Source: Eukaryota sp. TZLM1-RC (lineage: Eukaryota; Protista; Metamonada: BaSk clade). From it: a stretch of 64,000 nucleotides of DNA. The stretch lies in contig JAUPSS010000007.1 of assembly GCA_040285825.1 (NCBI GenBank), positions 1,772,689 through 1,836,688 of the forward strand. Direction: 5' to 3'. Under the pieces are notes generated by a model, which was not told the origin of the DNA, ran no database searches, and saw only the letters and a list, made by a program, of their open reading frames with translations. The translations under genes and the position numbers were made by a program. Of the stretch, positions 24,413-36,535 are shown piece after piece. Positions within the stretch are counted from its first letter, which is position 1; the number at the start of each line of letters is the position of its first letter.

Positions 24413-25354
24413 TTAAACCCCATTCAGAACACTGGAAATCTCATCAAAAGTTTTCGCCGCTTGAACTCTTTGAATAACTTTCTTATGAGTTGACATTAAG
24501 TGAGTAAGAATATATTTATGAGATGCAGATCTTGTTGCCTCTTTGTTTTTGCTATCTTCTGCGTGTTGCAAGAATCTCTTTGTAACATCCACCTCATCCA
24601 CCAGTCCTTCCCTCCTAAATACCGAACAATTCATCATTGCTGCTCTACCAATCATCACTCCCTCGGCCTTTGTGACTTCTTTGACCTTTACTACATCCTC
24701 TTGAGAGGCGATGCTTCCATTGGCCACTGTGGGTATACCAGCCCTTTGAGCAATCTCCAATGCAAAACCAATCTCCTCCCAATCAGCTTTATCCCTTCCC
24801 TTCTGCTCCTGAGTACGACCGTGCACTGTTAAACAACAGACTCCTGCCTTGATTAGATTATCAACAAGTGTTTGGGTTTCTTGTCTAGTGCCTTGGATCC
24901 TGATTTTAGCACTCACAGGCATATTTAGGGCTCTGTTAAGGGTTTTGATCACATCAGCTGCAGCTTCTGGTTTAGAAGCTAATGCACACCCAATTCCAGA
25001 CTTGATATTGGGAGGTGCTGGGCATCCAAGGTTGAGATTTACTTCGGAAAAAGTATCCGCGATAGGAAGTAATCCCTTAGCTGCCCTGGCACCGTCCTTG
25101 CTTCCTATTTGAACGACAAGTTTGTCCTTTTCTGAACGAACAGTGGTGAAGACTGGCTTGCCATTTGGTTGTTTGTAGATAGTATAATCGTCTATGTCTA
25201 CTCGTTGACACTTTAATAAACCATGATCGATGAGTTCTTCACTATAGCCTATATCACATTCATAGTCATAACAAGTTAGACGAAACGGAAGAGTTGTAAC
25301 CCGGACCATTGGAGCTAATATTTGTGCATCATTGTAATTAAGACGAGATTGCAT
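24413..25354 (-). CDS. DUS2: tRNA-dihydrouridine synthase, DUS2-like
   Basis: LAPMVRVTTLPFRL, YSEELID, NLGCP, VSAKIR, LTVHGR, ANGSI, GVMIGRAA. Confidence 0.85.
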   Translation of the reverse strand: MQSRLNYNDAQILAPMVRVTTLPFRLTCYDYECDIGYSEELIDHGLLKCQRVDIDDYTIYKQPNGKPVFTTVRSEKDKLVVQIGSKDGARAAKGLLPIADTFSEVNLNLGCPAPPNIKSGIGCALASKPEAAADVIKTLNRALNMPVSAKIRIQGTRQETQTLVDNLIKAGVCCLTVHGRTQEQKGRDKADWEEIGFALEIAQRAGIPTVANGSIASQEDVVKVKEVTKAEGVMIGRAAMMNCSVFRREGLVDEVDVTKRFLQHAEDSKNKEATRSASHKYILTHLMSTHKKVIQRVQAAKTFDEISSVLNGV

Positions 25355-25730
25355 TGGTTCAGTACAGAAGCAGAGGGTGAGGGAAGAAGATGAGATGTAT
25401 TGTTGGAGGAAAATCTACTGTGATTTTCATTCTAAATGCATACTCTCTCTACTCTTTCCACAATAAATCCGTATCTTTAATTTTCATTTTTCAATGAATA
25501 ACCTTCCTACCACACCTGACAATAACTCACATCCTTCTCCTAATGCCAACACCTCAATGACATTTCCTGATGAGGCATCAACAATTCTTGAATACCAAGG
25601 GTTAGGCTAACTCATCATGTTCCATCAAGAAGTCGTAATTGTGTGGCATTAATATGTTTGTGAGTCGTAGGAGAAAGGAAGAAATTGGTGGCGGGACTGT
25701 TGGTGGTGGAACGAATTTCAGAAATGAATT

Positions 25731-26249
25731 ATGCACTACACAAGAAAACCCCAGTATCAAAATCTATCTATCTATCTATCTATCTATCATCTGATACATC
25801 GTAAATCACGGATCTCCAATATCACCATTGTTGCTTCCAGAAAATGTGCTCTGGCATATACTGTATTTCTCCTGTCTGTTTTTATCAACAAACTATGCAC
25901 AATACATCAAAGGAGTGTCCATGAGATAATAGACAATTTTGTAATATTAGTTTTTGCCTTCTTTTCCACTGGTGTTTTTTTCAGACATGTTGGAGTTGCA
26001 TGCCTTCAGTTTTTGTGTGTTGGAATGTATGGACTCGGTTCTTCTATACCTGGCTTGCTCAAAATGCGTACAGAATCTGAGTTTTGGTTCATAACAGTAG
26101 GGTTCTCTGTATTCTTTCTGTTCATTGTCCCACTCAGTACATCAATATTAGCTTTCGTAACGTTCAGATTACGTCGCCATATAACTTACTTCCGTGGTGC
26201 TTATTTGCAATTAGAATTCCCTGAAGAAACTGCTTCGGAATTTGAATAA
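25731..26249 (+). CDS. putative small multi-pass membrane protein (5' end uncertain)
   Basis: Three to four hydrophobic segments; an (ATCT)n microsatellite at 25762-25790 obscures the start. Confidence 0.35.
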   Translation: MHYTRKPQYQNLSIYLSIYHLIHRKSRISNITIVASRKCALAYTVFLLSVFINKLCTIHQRSVHEIIDNFVILVFAFFSTGVFFRHVGVACLQFLCVGMYGLGSSIPGLLKMRTESEFWFITVGFSVFFLFIVPLSTSILAFVTFRLRRHITYFRGAYLQLEFPEETASEFE

Positions 26250-26289
26250 TAGTTTATTGTAATTTAGATTTATTCACATGTGTTCATTA

Positions 26290-26732
26290 AACTTTGGTGT
26301 TTATAAGAGGATCGTCCTCCTTAGGAATTTTGTTTTCTATTATTGCTCTATGCTTATTTAAAACAAAGTGTTGGCAAATCAATATTAAATCAAAAAATAC
26401 CTACAATAAGTTCACAACCCATACATACGTCTGTAATGATTAGCCAAGTTTGGTGAAATTTCTAAACACTGAATCGTTTCCTTCGATGACGGCGTCAACT
26501 GTCATTTGTGCAAAAGATAGGGTACTACCAGTCATATCCAAGATGATGTTAGTAATGTTAAAGCCCTTTGTACTTTTTCGCTTGAAGTTGAACTCAATTT
26601 GCTGGGATTAATCAAACAACCAAGACAAACAGGTATATACTTGACAAAAGAGATAAAAAGCTTTACAGAACCTAAAACGTGGGAAAGAGTGAAGTTGATG
26701 TAGAGCGTAAGAATGGGACTGGTAATAAATAT
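26290..26732 (-). pseudogene. CTNS: cystinosin (PQ-loop) 3' part, separated from its 5' part by the LTR element
   Basis: Minus strand reads KYIP..NFKRKSTKGFNITNIILDMTGSTLSFAQM..NFTKLG* (second PQ loop; premature stop); 3' boundary approximate. Confidence 0.7.
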
Positions 26733-26860
26733 TGTTGTACTGTGGACAATTAGTCTAGTATAGACTTCACTAGTGACGGCCTTTATAAAGGCCAGTGAAA
26801 TTTAATAAATACCTTTATCTTTTATCTCTATTCTGTACAATGTCTAACCATACAGCATCA
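26733..26860 (+). repeat. 5' LTR
   Basis: TGTTGTAC...CAGCATCA; 127/128 identical to 33415-33542. Confidence 0.95.
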
Positions 26861-26892
26861 TTAATTAATGGCTCCGGCCAAGACATTAACCG

Positions 26893-27016
26893 TAATCCTC
26901 CTTCTCAGGAGAGTACTCCTTCTTCTCAGGAGAGTAATTCTCCATCTACGGAGAGTAATCCTTCTTTCGAGAAGAGTAATCCTTCCTTCGGGAAGAGTAA
27001 TCCTCCTAAGGAGAGT
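26893..27016 (+). repeat. about 6 degenerate 21-bp tandem repeats in the retroelement leader
   Basis: Unit approximately GTAATCCTTCTTCTCAGGAGA, encoding SNPSxxE-type repeats. Confidence 0.75.
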
Positions 27017-27097
27017 GAGCTTTCCGCTGAGAAGAGCCTTGCCTTTCAGAAATGAAGTCACCTCCCTAATAAGGAGAGTGGTAATCACGTTGCTGAT

Positions 27098-28579
27098 GTG
27101 ACAGAACTGTACACATACCCCAACAACTCCTCGGAGCTTCTTCCTTGTAGGAAGAGTTTTCTCACTCCGAGCGAGCAACGGAGATTCAAAGCGTTTGTTG
27201 TAAGTAACAAATTAAACGCTTGTACAGAAGGTGAAGGAGGCGAAAGCGAGCAACAGTCTACGACTAGCTCCTCACGTAAAACTCACTCCTCACCTACTTC
27301 TGACATCAGCTCAAGTGAGGGACCACAAAGTGATTCCAGAATATCTCATAATCAGAACAACAGCAGGAGAGGGGATGAGAGCAATGATGAACCACCTCAT
27401 ACACCCAATCCTTCTAATCCAACTCCTAGTTTTCCATCTACGGAAAAGACTTCTCAAGGTCTTTACCGAAGGAAACTAGCAAAGGCAGTTGAGGCTGTAA
27501 CTAGAGATTTCCTATTGGATCTCATCGCCAATCCTCCTGATGATGTAATGGATTGGAGCAATGATGAATTACTAAAAATGGCTGAGAATGAGGCAAAACG
27601 CCTTTCAGGAGACGTTGATTCAGCCGAATGTGAGAAGGTCAGACGTGACTATTTAACGAAACGTTGGCCCTTTCTCTTTGGGGAAGCCCACGGCAAAACA
27701 CTTGACGATGTCGTCTACGAGAGTTATGATCAGAGTCCAAATCTTTTAAAGAGATTGGATGATCTTACCGATTCGGTAGTCTCATGTGGGATGAGTGCAG
27801 TCGAGGATTGCTATTTTAGCGCACCTCGTTCAAAGTATCAAGCTGCTACTCCTAGGCCTGCCAAATGGCATAGGGATGCAATTGATGACCACAAAATATA
27901 TTTCAGTGGAAATCAAGAAGCTTACGACAGACTATTTTGGATAGCTAAAATGTATCCTCATAATCAACAAGGTAGAAACCTTAGAGGCGTCGTAAGGCAT
28001 TTCCTAGTGGAGAACGTACACCCAACAGATTCCATTGCGGACATTTTTATTATGCTTGGGGGCAGATTCGATGAATCTCGAGGTGACACCCTTCAATTTC
28101 ATACCAAAGAGTCCTACATTAGAGAAATAGGCACAAGGGTAATTGAATTGAAAGAGCAACGTGTTGGCCCTAACATGTTAAAATTAGTATATCCTGATGC
28201 ATGGATGGCAAAACTTAAGGCATGGGTTGATAGCTGGCCCGACCAAAATGTTTTTGAGAATGTCTCAATAAAGAGCAGTTGCCTTCCATATGATCATAAA
28301 CTAGCAGGGATTCCTAGAGGATCTAAAGATGCACCAGATTGGGTGGATTTAAGGCCACCAGCCCAGACCGTACTTGTGCAGGAGGAACCTCCTAAGACAA
28401 GATTTATCATAAAGTTGGGCGAAACATTGCCTTCAGAAGAGAGGAATATGAACCTATTTAGTACACCTTCTGTAGGGCCTCTGGCATCTAGGAGAGCTTC
28501 TTGTGAAGCAACTCCTACACAAGCATCTGTTATAAAATCAGCTATACCCACGCAACCCCTAGGAACGAATGCTCCTTAG
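27098..28579 (+). CDS. retroelement ORF1 of unknown function (extra ORF or Gag N-terminal part)
   Basis: 493-aa open frame inside the LTRs; same frame as 26795-27055 across one TGA. Confidence 0.65.
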   Translation: MTELYTYPNNSSELLPCRKSFLTPSEQRRFKAFVVSNKLNACTEGEGGESEQQSTTSSSRKTHSSPTSDISSSEGPQSDSRISHNQNNSRRGDESNDEPPHTPNPSNPTPSFPSTEKTSQGLYRRKLAKAVEAVTRDFLLDLIANPPDDVMDWSNDELLKMAENEAKRLSGDVDSAECEKVRRDYLTKRWPFLFGEAHGKTLDDVVYESYDQSPNLLKRLDDLTDSVVSCGMSAVEDCYFSAPRSKYQAATPRPAKWHRDAIDDHKIYFSGNQEAYDRLFWIAKMYPHNQQGRNLRGVVRHFLVENVHPTDSIADIFIMLGGRFDESRGDTLQFHTKESYIREIGTRVIELKEQRVGPNMLKLVYPDAWMAKLKAWVDSWPDQNVFENVSIKSSCLPYDHKLAGIPRGSKDAPDWVDLRPPAQTVLVQEEPPKTRFIIKLGETLPSEERNMNLFSTPSVGPLASRRASCEATPTQASVIKSAIPTQPLGTNAP

Positions 28580-29627
28580 AGATTCTCTCGCCTACACCCT
28601 CGGTCTTTATAGAACTCCTGTAACAGACGAGGAGAAATTGAGGAAAAGAATAGACGACAAACTCAGATGCCTAGTTAAGTTAAAGGAAGCGTTTGACGCC
28701 AAGAAGATCTTCGACTTCGTTCTTAACTTTGGCAATTGGGCTAAAACAGTTAGGGATCGCGATGGACCCACCAGAGCATTCACGCCGATCACCAAATACG
28801 GTCAACCTGTTCATCAGTACGACTTCGTTAGATCTATGTTCTTCGAAGTGGACCCTTTGTATTTGAAATTTATGATCGAGGGTAAGGTCATCGCAGCATG
28901 GCAGAGTTTTTATGGAGGCCGAACAAACGTGTTAGGCAACAACCCATTTGACGCCGAAATCTGGGAATATTTGCTACTCAGCACCCAGTACAAATACCCT
29001 ACCGATGTTGAGAAGGCTTTAAGGTCTGTAAGACCACCTGAGATCAGTCGCAGAATGACTGCTGAATCTTCATGGACAGCCTTCATAGAGCAGATCATAT
29101 ATATAATTCGACGCTCTACAATTATGCCTGGAACGGATGGTAATCCGTCTGTCGTCTACCCAGCAAAGAGATTTCTCGAAACTATTAACGACAAAACAAA
29201 CAATCAATTGATGGACACATATATCATTTGGATTGGCAAGTTTGATTCGAGCAACGAGAAACTGAGCTATGCGATTTACGATTTAGGTAACGCATTTGTT
29301 AATAAGGTCAACAGCCTTGACTCCTCGATCAAAGACATGAATTTGATAAGAACAGCTGTTGGTGCTCACGCTCCTGCGCAAAAAGGACGAAGCCAGTCAA
29401 AAGGTCCTTTTAAGAACCCTAGAGTAAGCAGTCGACCCATCCCTTCAGAGCAATGGTGTAGCTTATGCAAAACCAATAAACATCCTGAAGAGAAATGTTT
29501 TAAATTAGTGGGAAGACCAGGTTCAAAAAAGCGTCAAGGAGGTGAAAAACGTGATAGAAAACGTAAAAGTAGTAGTAATAAATTAGAAGATTATACATCT
29601 TTTAACAAAAACCTTACAAATAATTAA
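28569..29627 (+). CDS. gag: Gag with CCHC zinc knuckle
   Basis: CSLCKTNKHPEEKC = CX2CX4HX4C with basic tail, upstream of the protease. Confidence 0.8.
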   Translation: MLLRDSLAYTLGLYRTPVTDEEKLRKRIDDKLRCLVKLKEAFDAKKIFDFVLNFGNWAKTVRDRDGPTRAFTPITKYGQPVHQYDFVRSMFFEVDPLYLKFMIEGKVIAAWQSFYGGRTNVLGNNPFDAEIWEYLLLSTQYKYPTDVEKALRSVRPPEISRRMTAESSWTAFIEQIIYIIRRSTIMPGTDGNPSVVYPAKRFLETINDKTNNQLMDTYIIWIGKFDSSNEKLSYAIYDLGNAFVNKVNSLDSSIKDMNLIRTAVGAHAPAQKGRSQSKGPFKNPRVSSRPIPSEQWCSLCKTNKHPEEKCFKLVGRPGSKKRQGGEKRDRKRKSSSNKLEDYTSFNKNLTNN

Positions 29628-29645
29628 ATCAATTTCATTTATAAA

Positions 29646-32600
29646 ATGAGCAAAGCAGATTCGAATTATAAACACCTAAATCCATTAAAAAGATTTAGAG
29701 AGTCATCCAATCCTGTGGGTTCTATCCACAGTGTTAGACTATCCAGGGTAGCAGAGGACCAAGAAAGTTCTAACGGGGAACTTTGGTTAACCTGCACAAT
29801 AAATAACGTGGAAGTACAAGGCGAAATTGATAATGGAGCTGCATTTTCAGCATTATCAATGGATTTAGCCTCTAAATGTAATATGACAGTTAATGACAAT
29901 AAGACTGTCGAATACTTATCGGCAAATGGTATTCGCTCCACGACCCTGGGATGTGCAAGGGGTGTTCTTGCTCTAAATGTGGGTAGCTTGGCCACTCAAG
30001 TGTTTTTAAGGATCGAATTCCAGATCATTCCTGGTACCAACAATTTTTTGATCGAAAGAGACTTATTACAAACCTTGGGGCTACGCACGGAGCACGGTTT
30101 TAATATTAATTTGGATCGCGAACACCGCACCATCTTAAATGCTGAATGTGAGTTTGATAATAGAATTTGTCAACCAATTAGATTCATAGAACAATTGAGT
30201 AATAAATCAGACTTAGGCAATGATTTTGGGCATTCCACATTTAGACATGAGTTAGATGAGTTGGGCTGTAGAATATGCCTGGATGACATTAGGGACGAGG
30301 AACGCCTAGTCGTGCTACTCGAAAAATATAGAAATGTATTTAGTGGGCTACCTCACCCGGATGGAATTAATTGTCAGCCGATGACCATTCCATTTTATGA
30401 CGAAAGTAAGGTCGTCAAAAGGAAACCTCGAAGATTAAACCCAGAAAAACAACAGGTAGCCGAGGAAATTTTCAACGAATTGATCCGTAATGGATTTGCT
30501 GTGCTCGCAAAGTCTCAATTCAGTAGTCCCATCTGTCTTGTGATTTACCCTGATCACAGGAAACCACGATTAACTGGCGATTTTAGTGGTATTGGTGGAG
30601 TAAATGATTTAACTAAACCTGTAGAGGCAAATTTGCCCAGGATTAGCGACATTTTAGAGTTTCTAAGTAAAGCTAATTATATAGCAACTCTACATTTACC
30701 TAAGGCATTTTGGCAGCTCAAAATTGCAGAGGAGGATATTGATAAAACTACCGTATCAATTCCCGGGATCTCGAACAGTTTTAAAAGGGCTTGTTTTGGT
30801 TTGAAGAACGTTCCTGCAGTCTTGCAAAACATGATGATGGAAATATTTGATTCTAAGGGCGTATTTATTTATATCGATGATATAATAATAGTAGCTTCGA
30901 CCCTGGATGAATTTCCATCTAGAGTAGGTACGATCCTAGAACGCGCCAAACGTTTTAGAGTTAACCTTGGCCTACCCAAGTGTAGCTTTACCACTTGCAA
31001 ACATGAAATAAAAATTCTAGGTAGTATTTTTGTAAACAAAACCCGTTATATAGATGAATCTAGGAACGAGGGACTGATCAACCTACCCAAACCCAGGACA
31101 TTACCTGAAGTTAGGAGTTTTATAGGTTCGATCAATTATATACGTGACTGGTTGCCAAATTTGTCTGACTTGATAGAACCAATCAACAAATTAACCAGAA
31201 ACAAACCGTCAAAAATCAAGTGGACTCCTGATCATGACGAGGCTTTTGGTAAGATTTATAAATCTTATCAAAGCAAATATCCCTCTTGAATTGCCCTCAG
31301 AAGACAAGCATATTTTAATAAGTGCTGACGCGTCCGATGTGGCTGTAGGTGGAGTAATATGGCAAGAAGCTAACCCACCTAAAGATCCTACGACACCGCT
31401 AATTAAGAGAAAGGTTGTACCTATTGCCTTCTTTAGCAGATTATTATCAACTTCACAAAAGAATTGGTCTGTACTTCAAAAAGAGTTGTATGCAATTTTA
31501 CTAATTCTCACTGACAGTAGTTTAGAAAATTATTTAATTTCGAGGAAATTAACTATTTTCACTGATCATAGAAATTTAGTATACCTCATATCAGCTCCTG
31601 AAAAGAACAGAATTGTGAAGAGGTGGCTACCAATATTGTCAGAATTCAATTTTGATGTAGTCCACACTGCAGGTGAGGAAAATTATTGGGCAGACATGTT
31701 GTCTAGATTGGTTGACACCAAACCCAAAACTCCTCGAGTCCAACAAGTGAGAAACTTGGCACCTCACAGAGTTGAAGAACAATTACCCTATTTAAATTTA
31801 TTAACTAGAGTTATTTTGTTAAGGGATGATATTACTCAACCGTCCACAATTGAGCTACCCACGATCAATAGCTTATCTGCATTGAAAGAAGTAGTTGAGG
31901 ATACTAAATTTGATTTATTTGACACTTGGATCTCAAAGATTAGGCAAGAACATCTTATAGATGTTGATTCAAATCCTAATTATTACAAAGATTACAATTA
32001 TAATTCAGATATTCAATTGTATACCAACAATCGTGGGAAGATTGTTATCCCAGATAGTTTAAAGAAGCAGACTTTAACTATCATTCATGGACATGCAAAT
32101 GTTGGCCATCCTAGTGTGACGACTAGCGTAAAGAAATTACTCAATAGTGATTACTTTTGGCCCGACATGCGCAAAGACATGATTAATCATATTATGAGAT
32201 GTCCAGCATGTCAAAAGACGGCACATGTGCCTAAAAATGTCATTGAATCATCTGGCTCTCTTTGGGCTGATCGACCTTTTGCACGATTAAACGCAGACAC
32301 TATTGGACCATTACAACAAGATCATAATGGATTCAAATATTTAATAGTTTTTGTAGATTCGTTCACTAGGTATACGATCATTTGCCCTGCAAAGGAATTG
32401 AATAATCACCTCCTATGGAGTGTAGTATCAATTTTTGGTATCCCACTGTTGATTCATAGTGACAATGGTATTGAATTTGCAAATGCCATATTCAAAGGGT
32501 TATGCGATTTATTAAACATTGAAGTAAGTCGTTCACTAACTAGTTTTTCACAAAGCAATGGTTTAGTAGAAAGACGACACAGAGACATTTTACAAAGTCT

Positions 32601-33414
32601 AAGAAAGATTTTGGTGGACTCTGGCGATTATAGCAATTGGAGTGAATATATCCCAATTGTACAACTTCAAATCAATTCAACTATTAGTAGAGTTACTGGT
32701 CATTCGCCCTACAATTTAATGTTTGGTAGCGACCACAGCCCTGGAGCTGATTCTAGTAATATGTTTGAACTAATAAAATCAGCTAATGTTAATATTCCCT
32801 TTGTTAAAGATCTTGAAGCAAAACTTGAAAGGATTTCAAAGAAGAGAGAAGAGGCAGAGCTCAGGCAAGCTCAACAACTGCCTCAAGTTAACAAACATAG
32901 GAACCCTTTTAATGAAGGTGACTTAGTTTTGCGATCAAAGACTAATGGTAAACTCCATGGTTGCTTCGCTGGCTCTTTTCTCGTTGAAGAAGTTAAATCC
33001 AATAAAAGTTTATTACTCAAGAATCTCGTCACTGGTTCGATGTCTACGGCAAGTATTAATCATTGTAAACTATACCTCTCTGACTTCCCCAAAGAAGATA
33101 TAGATTGGCATAAGAACATTGCTGCCGGTGATATGGAAGAATCTGTAATTATTAAGGTTGTAGATCACTTCGATTTTATAGACTCGAATGACAATAAAAT
33201 TCCTTATTGCACCGCAGTTTTTTATGGCGGCGAAACATCGTCTGTCCCAGTCGCTGACGTCAAAAGCACTGAGGCATACCAATCATATTTGCGAACCCTT
33301 GGTCCTCACTCTACCAGGAAACGGAAAATGAATTCCAATTCTAAATCTAAGACTAATTCCCCTGCAGTTAATTCTTACAGCTCTCGTACGAGACCTAAGA
33401 GAGGGAAAAGGTAG
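29646..33414 (+). CDS. pol: Pol (protease, RT, RNase H, integrase, chromo-like tail); frameshift near 31255
   Basis: EIDNGA protease; YIDD RT (LHL in place of LDL); ADASD/KELYAI/TDHRN RNase H; H..GH..CPAC, ADTIGP, HSDNG, NGLVER integrase. Confidence 0.92.
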
Positions 33415-33542
33415 TGTTGTACTGTGGACAATTAGTCTAGTATAGACTTCACTAGTGACGGCCTTTATAAGGGCCAGTGAAATTTAATAAATACCTTTAT
33501 CTTTTATCTCTATTCTGTACAATGTCTAACCATACAGCATCA
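33415..33542 (+). repeat. 3' LTR
   Basis: Direct repeat of 26733-26860, followed by ATAT. Confidence 0.95.
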
Positions 33543-33922
33543 ATATAAAAGCAAGAATCCAGCAAAGATATGAAACCTTTTGATTGCCCCTCTCATAGAA
33601 TACAATTTGCAAACATGTGAATGATGTGATCAAAAATGCATGCACCTTGAATGAAAAGACAGATTAAAGGACAAACAGGAAACGCCAAATCAGAGATGTC
33701 AACGTGTTTGGGCTCTTTTTCCCATTCAAGGTAGTTTATCCAAGAATAGATGCTGTAGTAAAAGAATCCAATGAGATTGTACACTTGAAAATGAAAATCG
33801 AAAGATAATCCATCAACACTCTTCCGACAATAGTTGAGAAATATTTGGGGGTAAAAAGAGAAAGACCAGGAAGTGAAATAACCGACACCAAGGAAATTTA
33901 TAGCAGTCCTGTCAAGAGTCAT
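33543..33922 (-). pseudogene. CTNS: cystinosin (PQ-loop) 5' part
   Basis: GYFTSWSFSFYPQIFLNYCRKSVDGLSFDF, and FYERGNQKVS in a shifted frame up to the LTR. Confidence 0.8.
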
Positions 33923-34194
33923 TGTTAGATTGAGTGGTTTCTATTTAAAGATTAAAGAAGTGTCAAGTTGGTCACATTATGAAAATAAACTTTATGTGAA
34001 CTCATTGAAACAACACGTTTCCTTGATTGCATATGCTAATGTTATCACCTAAAAAAACATTTTCAACTGTAACCGTATCAAGAAAGAAAATAGTTGCGGC
34101 AGCTTGAGTATTACGTATTATAGTGTTTAATTATCATTTTGTTCAGGCTTTGTATTTGTATAGATGTAAGAAGTTGTAAATAAATAAAATTTTT

Positions 34195-34905
34195 ATTGTT
34201 TTTTTTTCCCAAAACTGGAATATTTATTGAGATAAAAAAACCCATCTAGAATTCAATATCCTCCAAACAAGCGTCACTATTACTGAACCTACTCACAGCA
34301 TTACGTTCATATTCTACACCAATAGCTAAAAGTGCCTTTGAAATCATTGTTGGAATAGACTTGAAAAAGCAAAAAACAATTCTATTTATCCAGAAAGTGG
34401 AGTTCATTGTTTTACCAGACCTATTCAGTAACACTTTTTTAAAATTTTCAAAAAGTGCAACCCTGAAAGTCCAATATTGCCAAAAAGAGAAATTGCAAAC
34501 AGCACAAACTGATATTTCACATGTTCCACTCTACCTAACTGTGCCAAAGGCTCTTCACATTTTTTTATCTTCTTTTTTTCGGCATTAGATAACGGCGAAT
34601 CAGCGGAATACACTAAACGAGCAGCAGAATTTTTGCAAACATCAACTGAGACAACATCTACAACATTGAGAACACCATCGATCCCTGGAGCTACTAAATC
34701 TGCCCTTCTTTTACCAAAGGAATCATCCGTTTGATCTGAAGACAGCTTACGTACTAGTGGCTCAATAAATGCCTCTATATTGAAACTTTTGCACATGGCA
34801 TATAATTGATCACGAACTGAGTCATGAACAATTGAGCGATAAGTTATAAAATACTTACAGTTTAAAATATGGGAAAGCGTAACAACACTCTTGCAGCGAC
34901 AAATT
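34195..34905 (-). mobile_element. CRE-like non-LTR retrotransposon 3' fragment (family F3)
   Basis: CRC..HILNC, KRRADLVAPG..D..K RLE, 3' UTR with A-run; near-identical to 63340-63870. Confidence 0.88.
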
Positions 34906-36494
34906 ATATTTTTATTGTTGTCTGTCTGATCTTTTCTCGACTGACGTATTCACCCCAATGGTAAATCCAGAGTTGCCACGTCGAGGGCGTGTACTCCCCT
35001 GGGAGGTTAACCGTCGTGAGCAACCAATAAACGACAGCAAGACGACAGTTCCAGCAAGTGCTGCTCAGTTCTTCTCTACTGCAGCTCTTATTTCTATGGA
35101 AAAACAGTTTCGCTATATTCGAACTGTCACTGTGCTTGCTGTCCGGTTAGCACAGCTGTTTGTCCTGCAATATCCGGAAATGGCTTTCTGGTTATATCAA
35201 CAACAGTTTTGGTATCAATGCCAAGACTTTGTAATGATATTTCATCCGACTGTGAGACGCCCATTCGAGAATCATATGGGAGTGTATTGCGCACTCTATG
35301 ATGTCTCTTTCCGACCTGGCAGGACGTTTCCTCCTATTGGCTTTCAGAAGGGAACCGACAAGTGGTGCCGCTCTGATATTAGAAGCTTTCGCGCACTGCA
35401 AATGGCGAACAGCTTTTGTCAAATACTTACTGATGGCCCTGTCTCCTGGAAGCTGAACTTCTTCCGGACAATGGCTACCTTCTTTGAGTGCTCTTGCCCA
35501 AAGAAATATGCTTCATTAGTGGTGAACACAACTGCAGCCACTATTTCTGACTCTCTGCGTGCATGGTATAATGAAGGTCACCATAAGTACATAATGTACC
35601 TATTTACTCAGCAGGTTGCCGACCCTCATCGTTTTGACGCTATGTTGATCTCAATCCAGACAACATCACCTTCTTATTCGCTGCTGGGCTAAATGTTTTA
35701 TCCTTTCTGGAAAATATTGCATCTGACACCATGCGAAGAAATGCCGTATCCCCATCCCCCAGTTATTCTCCTGACTTCATCTCTTTTAGTCAAAAACTGG
35801 AAAAGCATTTTCTCTCTTTTAATGCCAACCACTGTCTACTGAAAGATCCTTTTGCTTTTTTCAGAAAAAAGAAGTATCTGACTTACACAATCAGTTCAGA
35901 TGCTGTTTCAATCCGCTTCACTTTTTTTGCCCCCAAAAAAATAAGAATCGCCGGAGAGCCAGAAAATTGGCAACCAGCCAGTGGGGAACTCGATATTCCT
36001 GCAAAGAGTCGAAAGCGAAACTCTAGACTTCAACAACAGGTTCATCCTAGGCAACGTCGAAGAACTGACGACGGCTATGAGCCTCCACCAGTTGACCCAA
36101 TTGATTATTCATACTGTGCAATTGATACCAACCACAAAAATTTGTGGGTATTCAATTGGATCAAGAATTGATAATAACAATGTGAACCATCAACTTTTGG
36201 GCCTTGTTCTGAATCCAAAGGCAAGGAAGATCATTCAACCACCGGTCTTGACCCATGCATCACCAAATTGCTATTTCGTACAGAATTTCCGCGAATATCT
36301 GTAAGAAATAGCAACGCCTTTGATGTGGGTCCACAGGAAGAAATCAGCATTCCCGACTTCCGTCCGAGAACTTTATTAGACCAACTGCTGATAAATGGAG
36401 ATCGCCGAGCCCTGCGCCGCTACAAGTCTGATTTCTTTATAAGAAGGAAAAAAAGAATAATGAGATTTGTTGAAAAAAAAACTAATGGCTAATT

Positions 36495-36535
36495 TTTTTT
36501 GAAACTGGAATATTTATTGAGATAAAAAAACCCAT
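36495..36535 (-). mobile_element. about 40-bp 3' tip of an F3 retrotransposon inserted in Fanzor C
   Basis: Matches 34212-34245; absent from copy 2 (50325-50345); CTAAT on both sides. Confidence 0.8.

Larger units (their letters stand above)
26733..33542 (+). mobile_element. full-length Ty3/Gypsy LTR retrotransposon
   Basis: 128-bp TG..CA LTRs at both ends (one mismatch), ATAT 4-bp TSD, PPT AAGAGAGGGAAAAGG before the 3' LTR, PR-RT-RH-IN order. Confidence 0.95.
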
